Below, piece by piece: positions 1-6,549 of a stretch of 8,321 nucleotides of DNA (position 1 is its first letter; the number at the start of each line of letters is the position of its first letter). Below the pieces are notes generated by a model. That model saw only the letters and a program-made list of their open reading frames with translations. It had not been told where the DNA came from and searched no databases. A program made the position numbers and the translations under genes. Where the stretch lies: the IMG/VR virus record IMGVR_UViG_3300029249_000159; one strand, written 5' to 3'. Origin of the DNA: a virus. Taxonomy: Duplodnaviria; Heunggongvirae; Uroviricota; Caudoviricetes.

Positions 1-821
1 TGTGTCTTTACCCAGCGTGTGTATTTCTCATTTACCCAGCGGCGACGTTTAGGTCGTTTCATGAAGGATTCCGGAGACTCCGGATCAACGGTAATGCTGA
101 CCACCGCCTTTTCCTGTGCTGGGTTCTGTGGCTGGTGGGTGTGAAGCAACGGCGCAAGATTTTTTGTGCGCTGCTTCAGTATGCTGGTGGCGGTCTGCTC
201 TCCCGGTACGATGTCGCTTTCGCGGTACAAGGAGCGGATTTTTTCCGCACGCAACCCCAGTGAACGACGTAATACAGCTTCCGGTAGCGCGTCCGCCACC
301 TGATTGCGGACCGCCCACCAGGATAATTCAGCCAGAGATAATTCCCGCTCCTGTGTGCCATTCATTGCATGGCGTATGACGTCAATCATCCATGCTGACA
401 GGTTTTGATGAGCAAGTTGCCCGAGTGATTCAGAGGTCTGGTCACGCAGCTGGTTGTCGCAGTGCCAGCACAACACCATCGCGCCGGTACCGTAACGATG
501 TATGACGGTTTCACTGTGATGATAGTCACCATGAGGCCACTGGCAGGATTTGACATGACGCAACAGCCAGTCAGACAGTGCACCAGCGCCGCCAGCAGCA
601 CGAATCACCCGCTCATCGCTGAAAAATGGCAGTAATGATTTATCCTCCGCCAGCGGCTGGCGAACGGCAGGAACGACTCCGGACGGCAGACCGCGCATGC
701 TTTTTGGTTCCGGCTCCACCAGCACTCGAGGGTTATGAAATACCTGCATGGATTCACGGCCCGGCTTAAGGACCACCAGCCCAAGTTCCGGTACCGGAAC
801 AGGTCGAAGTAATACCCGCAC
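1..821 (-). CDS. Hypothetical prophage protein, 3'-partial (continues past left window edge)
   Basis: My own translation of the minus strand shows one frame open from the stop at 897-899 down to position 1 (about 300 codons), reading ...VRVLLRPVPVPELGLVVLKPGRESMQVFHNPRVLVEPEPKSMRGLPSGVVPAVRQPLAEDKSLLPFFSDERVIRAAGGAGALSDWLLRHVKSCQWPHGDYHHSETVIHRYGTGAMVLCWHCDNQ...MKRPKRRRWVNEKYTRWVKT. Likely start is GTG 819-821, 4 nt after a GGAGG (826-830); alternative ATG at 747-749. Absent from the ORF track only because it has no in-window stop. Track ORFs 85..318, 176..361 and 386..601 are out-of-frame shadows of it. Confidence 0.6.
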   Translation of the reverse strand, partial: MRVLLRPVPVPELGLVVLKPGRESMQVFHNPRVLVEPEPKSMRGLPSGVVPAVRQPLAEDKSLLPFFSDERVIRAAGGAGALSDWLLRHVKSCQWPHGDYHHSETVIHRYGTGAMVLCWHCDNQLRDQTSESLGQLAHQNLSAWMIDVIRHAMNGTQERELSLAELSWWAVRNQVADALPEAVLRRSLGLRAEKIRSLYRESDIVPGEQTATSILKQRTKNLAPLLHTHQPQNPAQEKAVVSITVDPESPESFMKRPKRRRWVNEKYTRWVKT

Positions 822-822
822 G

Positions 823-1101
823 TTACCTCCAGATGCGTTGCTGGAATGTGCGGGACGGACGCGGTGGGCGTTCGGAATAAGGGAGCCTGACGTAGATTAT
901 CCAGTGACGATAATCGAGGCTGAGGGCTTTCCTAAACTCATACCCACGCCTGCGGTAGTTCTGAATCAGCCATTCGGCCTGTTCTTCAGTGCATGGGTCA
1001 TGCTGGTACCAGTCATATTTGAATGCATGAGAACGCCGCCCGTGCCTGCTGGCAAAGACGGCTGAATTATCAGAATTGTGTGGTCTGGAATTTTGCGCCA
1101 T
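823..1101 (-). CDS. Hypothetical prophage protein (92 aa)
   Basis: ATG at 1099-1101 preceded by GGAG about 7 nt upstream on the minus strand; protein-like composition (…FKYDWYQHDPCTEEQAEWLIQNYRRRGYEF…). Its TAA stop (823-825) lies inside the GGAGG that precedes the GTG of the downstream long ORF, a typical translational-coupling layout. No family recognised. Confidence 0.5.
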   Translation of the reverse strand: MAQNSRPHNSDNSAVFASRHGRRSHAFKYDWYQHDPCTEEQAEWLIQNYRRRGYEFRKALSLDYRHWIIYVRLPYSERPPRPSRTFQQRIWR

Positions 1102-1167
1102 CGGTTTTCTCCGGTGGCACAGTGTTACTCAACAGGGGTTCAGCCCTGTGCTGAATTGTAGATGAAT

Positions 1168-1428
1168 TTACTCATCTTCAAAAGCAGAAAAACCAGCCTT
1201 AAGCCCAGCTTCTTTCAGAGACTGCAATGATGTGACAAATTCATTTTCACGCAAAATAAAACCATCTGTCACAAGTTCATCCACAAAATAAATTAACGCA
1301 GCACCACTCTTCCTTTGTTTAGATTGTAAACATTTAATACGGCAGTGACTGACAATAGCACCATTCTCAACGCGCACAGTATAGAGGCCATCTTCAGTAA
1401 AAATTTCACGTAATTCTTCGATTTTCAT
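1168..1428 (-). CDS. Hypothetical prophage protein (86 aa)
   Basis: Track ORF 1168..1431 begins at a TTG; the adjacent in-frame ATG at 1426-1428 is preceded by GGAAGGA about 8 nt upstream, giving MKIEELREIFTEDGLYTVRVENG.... Sits directly downstream of the hok terminator. Function unknown. Confidence 0.55.
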   Translation of the reverse strand: MKIEELREIFTEDGLYTVRVENGAIVSHCRIKCLQSKQRKSGAALIYFVDELVTDGFILRENEFVTSLQSLKEAGLKAGFSAFEDE

Positions 1429-1510
1429 CAACAGAATCCTTCCAGATAAATAGCACTCCCCTGTTCGGGGTCCATCCCTCTTATCCCTGCGCGCTACTTA
1501 AGTATTTTTG

Positions 1511-1540
1511 ATTCTATTCCGGCACCGCCCAGAACTTCAA
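1511..1540 (-). promoter_or_regulatory. Candidate sigma70 promoter for the 86-aa/92-aa/long-ORF operon
   Basis: On the minus strand: -35 TTGAAG (complement of 1535-1540), 18-bp spacer, -10 TAGAAT (complement of 1511-1516), just downstream of the hok terminator and about 80 nt upstream of the ATG at 1428. Hexamer match only. Confidence 0.3.
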
Positions 1541-1547
1541 ACGCGTT

Positions 1548-1580
1548 GAAAATAAAAACAAAAACCCGCCGAAGCGGGTT
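1548..1580 (-). terminator. Rho-independent terminator downstream of hok
   Basis: 7-bp GC-rich stem (1563-1569 aacccgc pairing with 1574-1580 gcgggtt, loop cgaa) followed on the minus strand by TTTTGTTTTTATTTT (complement of 1548-1562). Confidence 0.65.
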
Positions 1581-1619
1581 AAGTGCGGGTGCGTTGAGGA
1601 TGCCTGCCACATCAGAGGT

Positions 1620-1641
1620 GGCGAGGGATTTCTCCCTCGCC
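1620..1641 (-). other. Stable hairpin in the hok 3' UTR
   Basis: Perfect 9-bp inverted repeat ggcgaggga / tccctcgcc with a 4-nt loop, 8 nt after the hok stop; no U-tract follows, so it is more likely a 3' stabilising stem than a terminator. Confidence 0.4.
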
Positions 1642-1648
1642 GGGTCTC

Positions 1649-1804
1649 TTACTCCTCAGGTTCGTAAGCTGTGAAGACAGCGACCTCCGTCTGGCCGGTT
1701 CGGATTCGTACCTCGCAGAGGTCTTTCCTCGTTACCAGTGCCGTCACTATGACGGTTAAACAGATGACGATCAGGGCGATTAACATCGCCTTTTGCTGCT
1801 TCAT
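1649..1804 (-). CDS. hokD: Hok/Gef family membrane toxin (51 aa), HokD/RelF-like
   Basis: Translation MKQQKAMLIALIVICLTVIVTALVTRKDLCEVRIRTGQTEVAVFTAYEPEE has the Hok/Gef signature (N-terminal hydrophobic helix, TRKxLCE, GxTEVA, AYE) and matches my recollection of E. coli RelF/HokD. ATG at 1802-1804 with AGGAG 9 nt upstream (complement of 1814-1818). The track ORF 1649..1843 is a TTG-initiated 5' extension of the same frame. Confidence 0.85.
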   Translation of the reverse strand: MKQQKAMLIALIVICLTVIVTALVTRKDLCEVRIRTGQTEVAVFTAYEPEE

Positions 1805-1817
1805 AGCCTGCTTCTCC

Positions 1818-2965
1818 TGTGTAAGTTCACAGAGATATTGCAATTGCCTCCGGATAAGTAAGGGGAGATTGCACTATGCAAATGCAGCATCTGATGGTTG
1901 GCTATCCTAAGTACTACCAAACGGCCGATTATGCGTTGAGGCTTTCAGTGATGGCTGATATAGCAACAATGAGAATGAAGGCTCTGCACTTCTGGGATAA
2001 ACACGGTATTTCTGCAGCTTCTGAAGCCTTTGGCGTGTCCTGCCGCACGCTTTACTGGTGGCGTCAGTTACTGAACAAGGAAGGACCTGAGGGGCTAATC
2101 CCGCACAGTAAGGCACCTCTGGTGCGACGAAAAAAACACTGGCATCCCGATGTGCTGAAAGAGATTCGACGCCTCAGGACAGAGCTGCCGAACCTCGGTA
2201 AAGAGCAGATTTTTGTTCGCCTGAAGCCCTGGTGCGAACAGCGCTATCTGGCCTGTCCGAGTGTTTCCACCATCGGCAGAATGATCGCTGCCGCACATGA
2301 TAAAATGCGGATGATACCTGTGCGTCTGGGATCGCGGGGGAAGGCACTGCTTGTCAAAAAGCGGTCTGCCAAACCCCGCAGGCCAAAGCACTACCGCCCG
2401 GTAAAGACAGGTGAGCTCATTGGGATGGACGCCATTGAGCTCAGAATGGGCGAACTGCGTCGCTATGTCATCACCATGATCGACGAATGCAGCAATTACG
2501 CGCTGGCGCTGGCTGTGCCGTCACTCAACAGTGATATCGTCAATCACTTCTTCAGCCGCGCAGCCCGGTTGTTCCCGGTCGGTATCAGCCAGATAATCAC
2601 AGATAACGGAAAAGAGTTCCTGGGAAACTTCGACAAAACGCTGCAGGAAGCCGCTATCAAACACCTCTGGACCTATCCCTACACGCCAAAAATGAACGCT
2701 ATCTGTGAACGTTTTAACCGGACGTTAAGAGAGCAGTTTATTGAATTTAATGAGATTTTACTCTTTGAAGATCTGGCGCTATTTAACCAGAAGCTGGCGG
2801 AATATCTGGTGCTGTATAACAGCAAAAGACCCCACAAGGCGCTCGCACTAATGACGCCCGTGGAATATATTTTAAAAGAGAATAAAAATTGCAATATGTG
2901 GTGGACCCATACATCTCCTTGCCTTTCGGCACGTAAGAGGCTAACCTACATGTGTCTAGCATGAA
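1818..2965 (+). mobile_element. Putative IS481-family-like insertion sequence (ends not resolved)
   Basis: Single-ORF transposase with N-terminal HTH and DDE core. A TGTGTAAGTTCACAG motif at 1818 resembles the TGT-initiated terminal repeats of IS481-type elements and a ...CTAACCTACA end lies at 2941-2950, but I could not find a convincing matching inverted repeat or target duplication by eye. Boundaries are approximate. Confidence 0.4.
1876..2964 (+). CDS. DDE transposase / integrase catalytic (rve) domain protein, IS481-family-like (362 aa)
   Basis: ATG start; N-terminal helix-turn-helix-like region (GISAASEAFGVSCRTLYWWRQ); candidate catalytic triad in rve-type spacing: D in IGMDAIE, D in ITDNGKEF, E in NAICERFNRTLREQF, followed by the conserved K/R-rich segment YNSKRPHKAL. 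Single ORF rather than the two-frame IS3 arrangement. Confidence 0.75.
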   Translation: MQMQHLMVGYPKYYQTADYALRLSVMADIATMRMKALHFWDKHGISAASEAFGVSCRTLYWWRQLLNKEGPEGLIPHSKAPLVRRKKHWHPDVLKEIRRLRTELPNLGKEQIFVRLKPWCEQRYLACPSVSTIGRMIAAAHDKMRMIPVRLGSRGKALLVKKRSAKPRRPKHYRPVKTGELIGMDAIELRMGELRRYVITMIDECSNYALALAVPSLNSDIVNHFFSRAARLFPVGISQIITDNGKEFLGNFDKTLQEAAIKHLWTYPYTPKMNAICERFNRTLREQFIEFNEILLFEDLALFNQKLAEYLVLYNSKRPHKALALMTPVEYILKENKNCNMWWTHTSPCLSARKRLTYMCLA

Positions 2966-3487
2966 ATTGGCCTCAGATTAATGTTAAGCGTCTTGCAGGA
3001 CGCGTAATGTTAACTGGGGCTTTTCTCTATCTGCCGTTGGTGTTCATGCCTGAGGCAGATAGCCTCAAGCACCCGCAGCCATTCTACTTAACTCCCGTTA
3101 CCTCGCCAATATGAAATCAGTCAGAAAGGCGATCCATAAGAACAATAGCAAGACAATAAATCGCCATTACAGCCGTAATAGCCAGCGCACATTTGAGAAC
3201 CAGCACCACAACCTCCTGTATTGGATGTACACCAGTCCTGATGAATATGAGGCTGTCTCGTCAGTGATTCAATGCAACTATTGGGTATAGTTTCTCTGAT
3301 TTTTTCTGTGGAAATGGGGCTCAACCACTAGTCACCACCAGCACTTCTTTTAATACGCAAAGTCCGACACAAGCTAACCTTCTAGTCCGCTTTGAGCGAA
3401 AAGCAGGAGTTCATAGTTTATTACCCCTGTACTGCCTCTGCTTAGGTGGTCATATCCAGTGTGCCATTATCCTGTTAGGGCTCACTA

Positions 3488-4075
3488 TTAATCATTAGTC
3501 AAATGGAATTCTGTGAGTTTTGCAACGTTTCGTTGTATTTCGAACCATGGGTATTCGCTCGATGGTGCGGCCAAGAATGGTACTATTTGTAATCGTATGG
3601 TTGGCCAACATTCTTGTCCGTTATCGAGGCGGTCGAGAAGAGCTTGATCGATTACCCATACTCCCACCGGAACATTTTCTTCTTTCAACTGATTGAAGAT
3701 TACTTCTGCGTTCTGTATGCCACCTCCATTGCCCTCAAAACTCATGCGGCCTCGCGGGAAAACATACCATTCCCCTGTGATTTGAGATTCCAGAACCAAG
3801 CTAGGGAGCCGATAGTACGTTGATGGTTGCTCCTCTATCAAAACAGATATTTTGGGTTCTTTCACAACCTTTAGCAATTTGTCCAAATCACTCCATACGT
3901 CGAATGTCTTGAATTTTTTTGGCAAATTTGCACTTAGCGAGAATTTGTCTGGTTCTTCAATCACATCTGGTATAACTTCATTCATTTGAGCTGAGGTGCC
4001 CTTCGGTTTTGAGAAATCAAGTCTGTTTGCAAGAAGTCCGGCTAAGATACTAAGGCCGAAATCATCCAGTCCCAT
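3488..4075 (-). CDS. Orphan hypothetical protein (195 aa) on a cargo segment
   Basis: ATG at 4073-4075 with GAGGAG about 10 nt upstream; 195 codons with no recognisable motif (MGLDDFGLSILAGLLANRLDFSKPK...). Hand counts of sample stretches give about 41% GC here versus about 49% in the flanking replication genes; flanking intergenic DNA also looks AT-rich by eye. Confidence 0.6.
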   Translation of the reverse strand: MGLDDFGLSILAGLLANRLDFSKPKGTSAQMNEVIPDVIEEPDKFSLSANLPKKFKTFDVWSDLDKLLKVVKEPKISVLIEEQPSTYYRLPSLVLESQITGEWYVFPRGRMSFEGNGGGIQNAEVIFNQLKEENVPVGVWVIDQALLDRLDNGQECWPTIRLQIVPFLAAPSSEYPWFEIQRNVAKLTEFHLTND

Positions 4076-4114
4076 TATGTTAAAACTCCTCGTTGGTGCT
4101 TATGCATGCTCTAA

Positions 4115-4143
4115 ACACTATGATGCCATGTGGTAACAGTCAA
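4115..4143 (-). promoter_or_regulatory. Candidate promoter for the 195-aa ORF
   Basis: Minus strand: -35 TTGACT (complement of 4138-4143), 17-bp spacer, weak -10 TAGTGT (complement of 4115-4120), about 40 nt upstream of the ATG at 4075. Hexamer match only. Confidence 0.2.
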
Positions 4144-4348
4144 AGTTGTGAGTTATTCCCTAATTTATTGATGTTGAGCAGCTTGCAGTGATGCACTGAA
4201 TTTAAGAACCAAGTAGATATATTAGACGTCTGCTCCTGGTACAAAGCGGACAACCACGCCAGATCTACCCTGTGCCATGAAAAATGAGAATGTCAATTCA
4301 CTCCTGAACTAATGCTTTTTAATCTAGTAACGTCTAAAATACCTAACA

Positions 4349-4750
4349 TTATCCCTGATAAAATGCCAGTATGCGCTGCATAACTTCACTCTTCCGGCAC
4401 TCGCGACAGATTATGTTCAGACGACTGTCGTAGCGACGTATTTCTCCGTCAGGTAATGACCAGATAAGGTCCGGATCAACCACAGCAGGTTTCTTCACCT
4501 TTGCCCTCGAGAGTTTTTTGCGGGCGTTTTGCCAGTCCTTACGCGCCTGTTCAGACGGGAATACCCCGTAGCCGGAGTTGTATACATCGCCACTGGCTAC
4601 CAGCTCTCTGGCAAGAACGCTCATCAGATATCTAGTCGCACCTGTTTTAGCTTCCAGTTGCCGTAACGTCTCACGACCGCTCTGGCGCACGAGTTCCACC
4701 ACCTGCCCTTTAATTTTTTCCCGCTCTTCTTGTGTAAAAACTTTTGCCAC
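4349..4750 (-). CDS. Hypothetical phage early protein (133 aa), downstream of replication initiator
   Basis: GTG start at 4748-4750 preceded by AAGGGGGA about 4-5 nt upstream; begins MAKVFTQEEREKIKGQVVELV...; located about 40 nt after the stop of the O-like gene, at the position a helicase loader would occupy but too short to be one. No family recognised. Confidence 0.5.
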   Translation of the reverse strand: MAKVFTQEEREKIKGQVVELVRQSGRETLRQLEAKTGATRYLMSVLARELVASGDVYNSGYGVFPSEQARKDWQNARKKLSRAKVKKPAVVDPDLIWSLPDGEIRRYDSRLNIICRECRKSEVMQRILAFYQG

Positions 4751-4790
4751 AAGTCCCCCTTAAAATTACCTCATGACCTGAAATCAACAC

Positions 4791-5756
4791 TTATCCCCTG
4801 AAACCAGGCGGAATTTCTGTATCCGGTTCAGAAATATGATTCACACAACGCTGTACAGGTGAACGTCCCAGGCGGATGACCAGTTCGTCCCATTTTTCGC
4901 GGAGTTTTGACGGGCTCATGATGTTTTTTACCCAGAATGGATCCCGCTGTACCCGACCAAACATTTCGCAAATTTGTCTGTGGCTTCTGCCATCCAGCAT
5001 CCGCATTGTGCGCACGTCATTGGCCCAGGCTGTCCAGTTAGGCTCTTTTGGTCGCATGATCTCTCCATCGTCGCTGGCAGCCTGTTCGTAAAGGTTCACG
5101 ATCCGCCCCCAAATCCACTGCGCACACGCCAAATCCTCCCTGCTACCCCACTGGCGTTTTTTCACACTAAACACAACCGCGTCGGGGTTCCGGGTTAAAA
5201 AATCCTGTTCAGTCGTCTGCGGGTCCGGTTGCGAAGCTTCCGGACGAAAAGTGTTTTTATTCTCTGTAGTAATCTCTGTTGTATTCTCTGTAAGATCATC
5301 AGGCCATTTTGACCCGATGACATTGGGTCGTTTTGAACCAATGGAGCGTTTCATTTTGACCTCTTCCATCGTGTCATTTTGACCTGATGGAGCGGCGCAT
5401 TTTGAACCGATGGATTCGTTCAATTTGCCACCATCTAAAAGCTCGCTCCCATAGTTGATCGTGTAGAAATTGGTCATATCGCGCTTTGATTTATTGAGCT
5501 TTTCACAACGCAAAAGCCCCAGCGTTTTCAGACTTGCAAACGCGCGCTTTAACGTTGACTCTGACCAGAATGGGAACTGTTCCAGCCATTGTTCCGTTGT
5601 GTTATAAATCCAGCGAACACCATCACATTCCATACCGGAGTTGGTATCTCTCAACCAGTAGTGCAGTTGTTGCAAAACAATGGCTTCGTTTAAGCCGATT
5701 TTCATTGCCAGCTGCGTGTTTATAACCAGTGGGCGTTCAGCAAAAAGAAGACTCAT
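4791..5756 (-). CDS. Phage replication initiator, lambda O-like / replisome-organiser family
   Basis: N-terminal winged-helix-like segment typical of phage replication initiators (LNEAIVLQQLHYWLRDTN...GVRWIYNTTEQWLEQFPFWSESTLKRAFASLKTLGLLR); central low-complexity linker (SIGSK repeats) that is encoded by a DNA iteron array, as in lambda O. Start assigned to ATG 5754-5756 (MSLLFAERPLV...), which overlaps the upstream gene by 20 nt; track start 5810 is a TTG, and ATG 5703-5705 is an alternative. Confidence 0.7.
   Translation of the reverse strand: MSLLFAERPLVINTQLAMKIGLNEAIVLQQLHYWLRDTNSGMECDGVRWIYNTTEQWLEQFPFWSESTLKRAFASLKTLGLLRCEKLNKSKRDMTNFYTINYGSELLDGGKLNESIGSKCAAPSGQNDTMEEVKMKRSIGSKRPNVIGSKWPDDLTENTTEITTENKNTFRPEASQPDPQTTEQDFLTRNPDAVVFSVKKRQWGSREDLACAQWIWGRIVNLYEQAASDDGEIMRPKEPNWTAWANDVRTMRMLDGRSHRQICEMFGRVQRDPFWVKNIMSPSKLREKWDELVIRLGRSPVQRCVNHISEPDTEIPPGFRG
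5305..5442. repeat. Iteron array (candidate prophage replication origin) inside the O-like gene
   Basis: Five to six tandem direct repeats with 23-24-bp periodicity, consensus about tCATTTTGAcCnGATGGAgcg, starting at 5306, 5330, 5353, 5376, 5399 and a degenerate copy at 5422. An AT-rich tract with TCTCTGT repeats (about 5250-5300) lies immediately 3' in the initiator's coding direction, mirroring the iterons-plus-AT-rich layout of ori lambda. Confidence 0.7.
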
Positions 5757-6258
5757 AATTCCATCCAGCTTTTTGTTGGTATTGCTGTCGATACGCAAGC
5801 TTGAAAGCAATTGCTTTTTCTATAAGTTCGTCAGTTTCACGATCTACAACGGCAGGATCTGCAAAAAGTAGTCCGGATTCCACCACATCGCCATATTCTT
5901 TATTTAACCCGGCGATCATGTACGTAATACTTTTTCCATCACTGATCTCACGATACAACCTGAAATCACTAATCCGGATAGCCTTCATAATTGCAGGCAC
6001 TAGCGCTGTGAACTTTTCACGCTTATCCCTAGTGTCGATAGCCTTCCAGCGTTCGAATATCTTCACTCGATTAACGCTAAGCGCTCGCTGATCAACCGCG
6101 CCACCTTCATATGTGACACGCTGAACATCGATGTTCGGGCGCTCTTTCAAAGCCCAGAATGCTTCAGTGATTAATATCGTCGCCTGCTCCTGTGTCATTC
6201 CTGGTCGACATATCCAGGCATCCAGAGCCTCACGAGCCTGTTCAGGAGTGATTTTCAT
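5737..6258 (-). CDS. Hypothetical early regulatory protein at the cII/YdaT position (173 aa)
   Basis: ATG at 6256-6258; immediately downstream of the cro-like gene (17-nt overlap) and upstream of the replication initiator, the position occupied by cII in lambda and YdaT in Rac. Assignment is positional only. Confidence 0.45.
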   Translation of the reverse strand: MKITPEQAREALDAWICRPGMTQEQATILITEAFWALKERPNIDVQRVTYEGGAVDQRALSVNRVKIFERWKAIDTRDKREKFTALVPAIMKAIRISDFRLYREISDGKSITYMIAGLNKEYGDVVESGLLFADPAVVDRETDELIEKAIAFKLAYRQQYQQKAGWNYESSFC

Positions 6259-6469
6259 TGTTCAACCGCCCCGCCCGCTTCGTCTTACGATATTCGTCAT
6301 AAACTTTGGGATCATACTGAAGCTCCCCGCCAGATGCCTCCTGTAGACGCATCGCGCGACCTTCAGGAACCAGTATCCCCCAAGCAGCAACACTTGCCAG
6401 TCTCACTCCTGCGGCATTGGCAAGCTTTGTTTTGCTGCCAAAAAAAGTAATTGCGTCAGCTTTAAGCAT
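6242..6469 (-). CDS. dicC: Cro-like regulator, DicC-like (75 aa)
   Basis: Divergent from the dicA-like repressor across an 80-bp operator-bearing intergenic region. ATG at 6467-6469 (track start 6472 is a TTG) with GAGGGGG 5 nt upstream. Sequence MLKADAITFFGSKTKLANAAGVRLASVAAWG... looks like a helix-turn-helix Cro/YdaS-type protein; the DicC name is by synteny and partial recollection. Confidence 0.65.
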   Translation of the reverse strand: MLKADAITFFGSKTKLANAAGVRLASVAAWGILVPEGRAMRLQEASGGELQYDPKVYDEYRKTKRAGRLNNENHS

Positions 6470-6482
6470 CAAAGCCCCCTCT

Positions 6483-6500
6483 TGTTAGACTTTTCTAACA
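6483..6500. promoter_or_regulatory. Operator palindrome in the dicC-dicA intergenic region
   Basis: TGTTAGA-cttt-TCTAACA near-perfect inverted repeat; the same half-site recurs downstream of dicA at 6993-7012. It overlaps the predicted -10/transcription start region of the dicC promoter. Confidence 0.55.
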
Positions 6501-6527
6501 TTATTGTGCGCGGGATACCTAAGTCAA
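6500..6527 (-). promoter_or_regulatory. Candidate dicC (cro-like) promoter
   Basis: Minus strand: -35 TTGACT (complement of 6522-6527), 16-bp spacer, -10 AATAAT (complement of 6500-6505); the predicted start falls inside the operator palindrome. Confidence 0.4.
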
Positions 6528-6549
6528 GAAAAATTAGAATTACCTAACT

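Noticed and set aside
85-601. Track ORFs 85..318, 176..361 and 386..601 (minus) and 116..379 (plus)
   Set aside because: They overlap the long uninterrupted minus-strand frame (1..821) in other frames and have low-complexity, non-protein-like translations; treated as shadow ORFs.
748-1065. Plus-strand 105-aa ORF
   Set aside because: Antisense to the 92-aa and long minus-strand ORFs, Gly/Thr/Pro-rich, no RBS noted; shadow ORF.
1671-2894. Track ORFs 1671..1910 (plus) and 1907..2116, 2095..2391, 2679..2894 (minus)
   Set aside because: Overlap hok or the transposase gene on the opposite strand or in another frame; no independent support.
1805-3500. relB-relE antitoxin/toxin genes expected next to hokD
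   Set aside because: Looked for RelB/RelE-like translations on the minus strand upstream of hok and to the right of the transposase; none found, so relBE is not annotated.
3614-3823. Plus-strand 69-aa ORF
   Set aside because: Lies entirely antisense within the 195-aa ORF; no RBS; likely shadow.
4578-6346. Plus-strand track ORFs 4578..4763, 4876..5091, 4974..5198, 5534..5725, 5680..5871, 5801..6091 and 6131..6346
   Set aside because: All antisense to the contiguous minus-strand early operon (133-aa, initiator, 173-aa, cro-like genes); several have TTG starts; no independent support.
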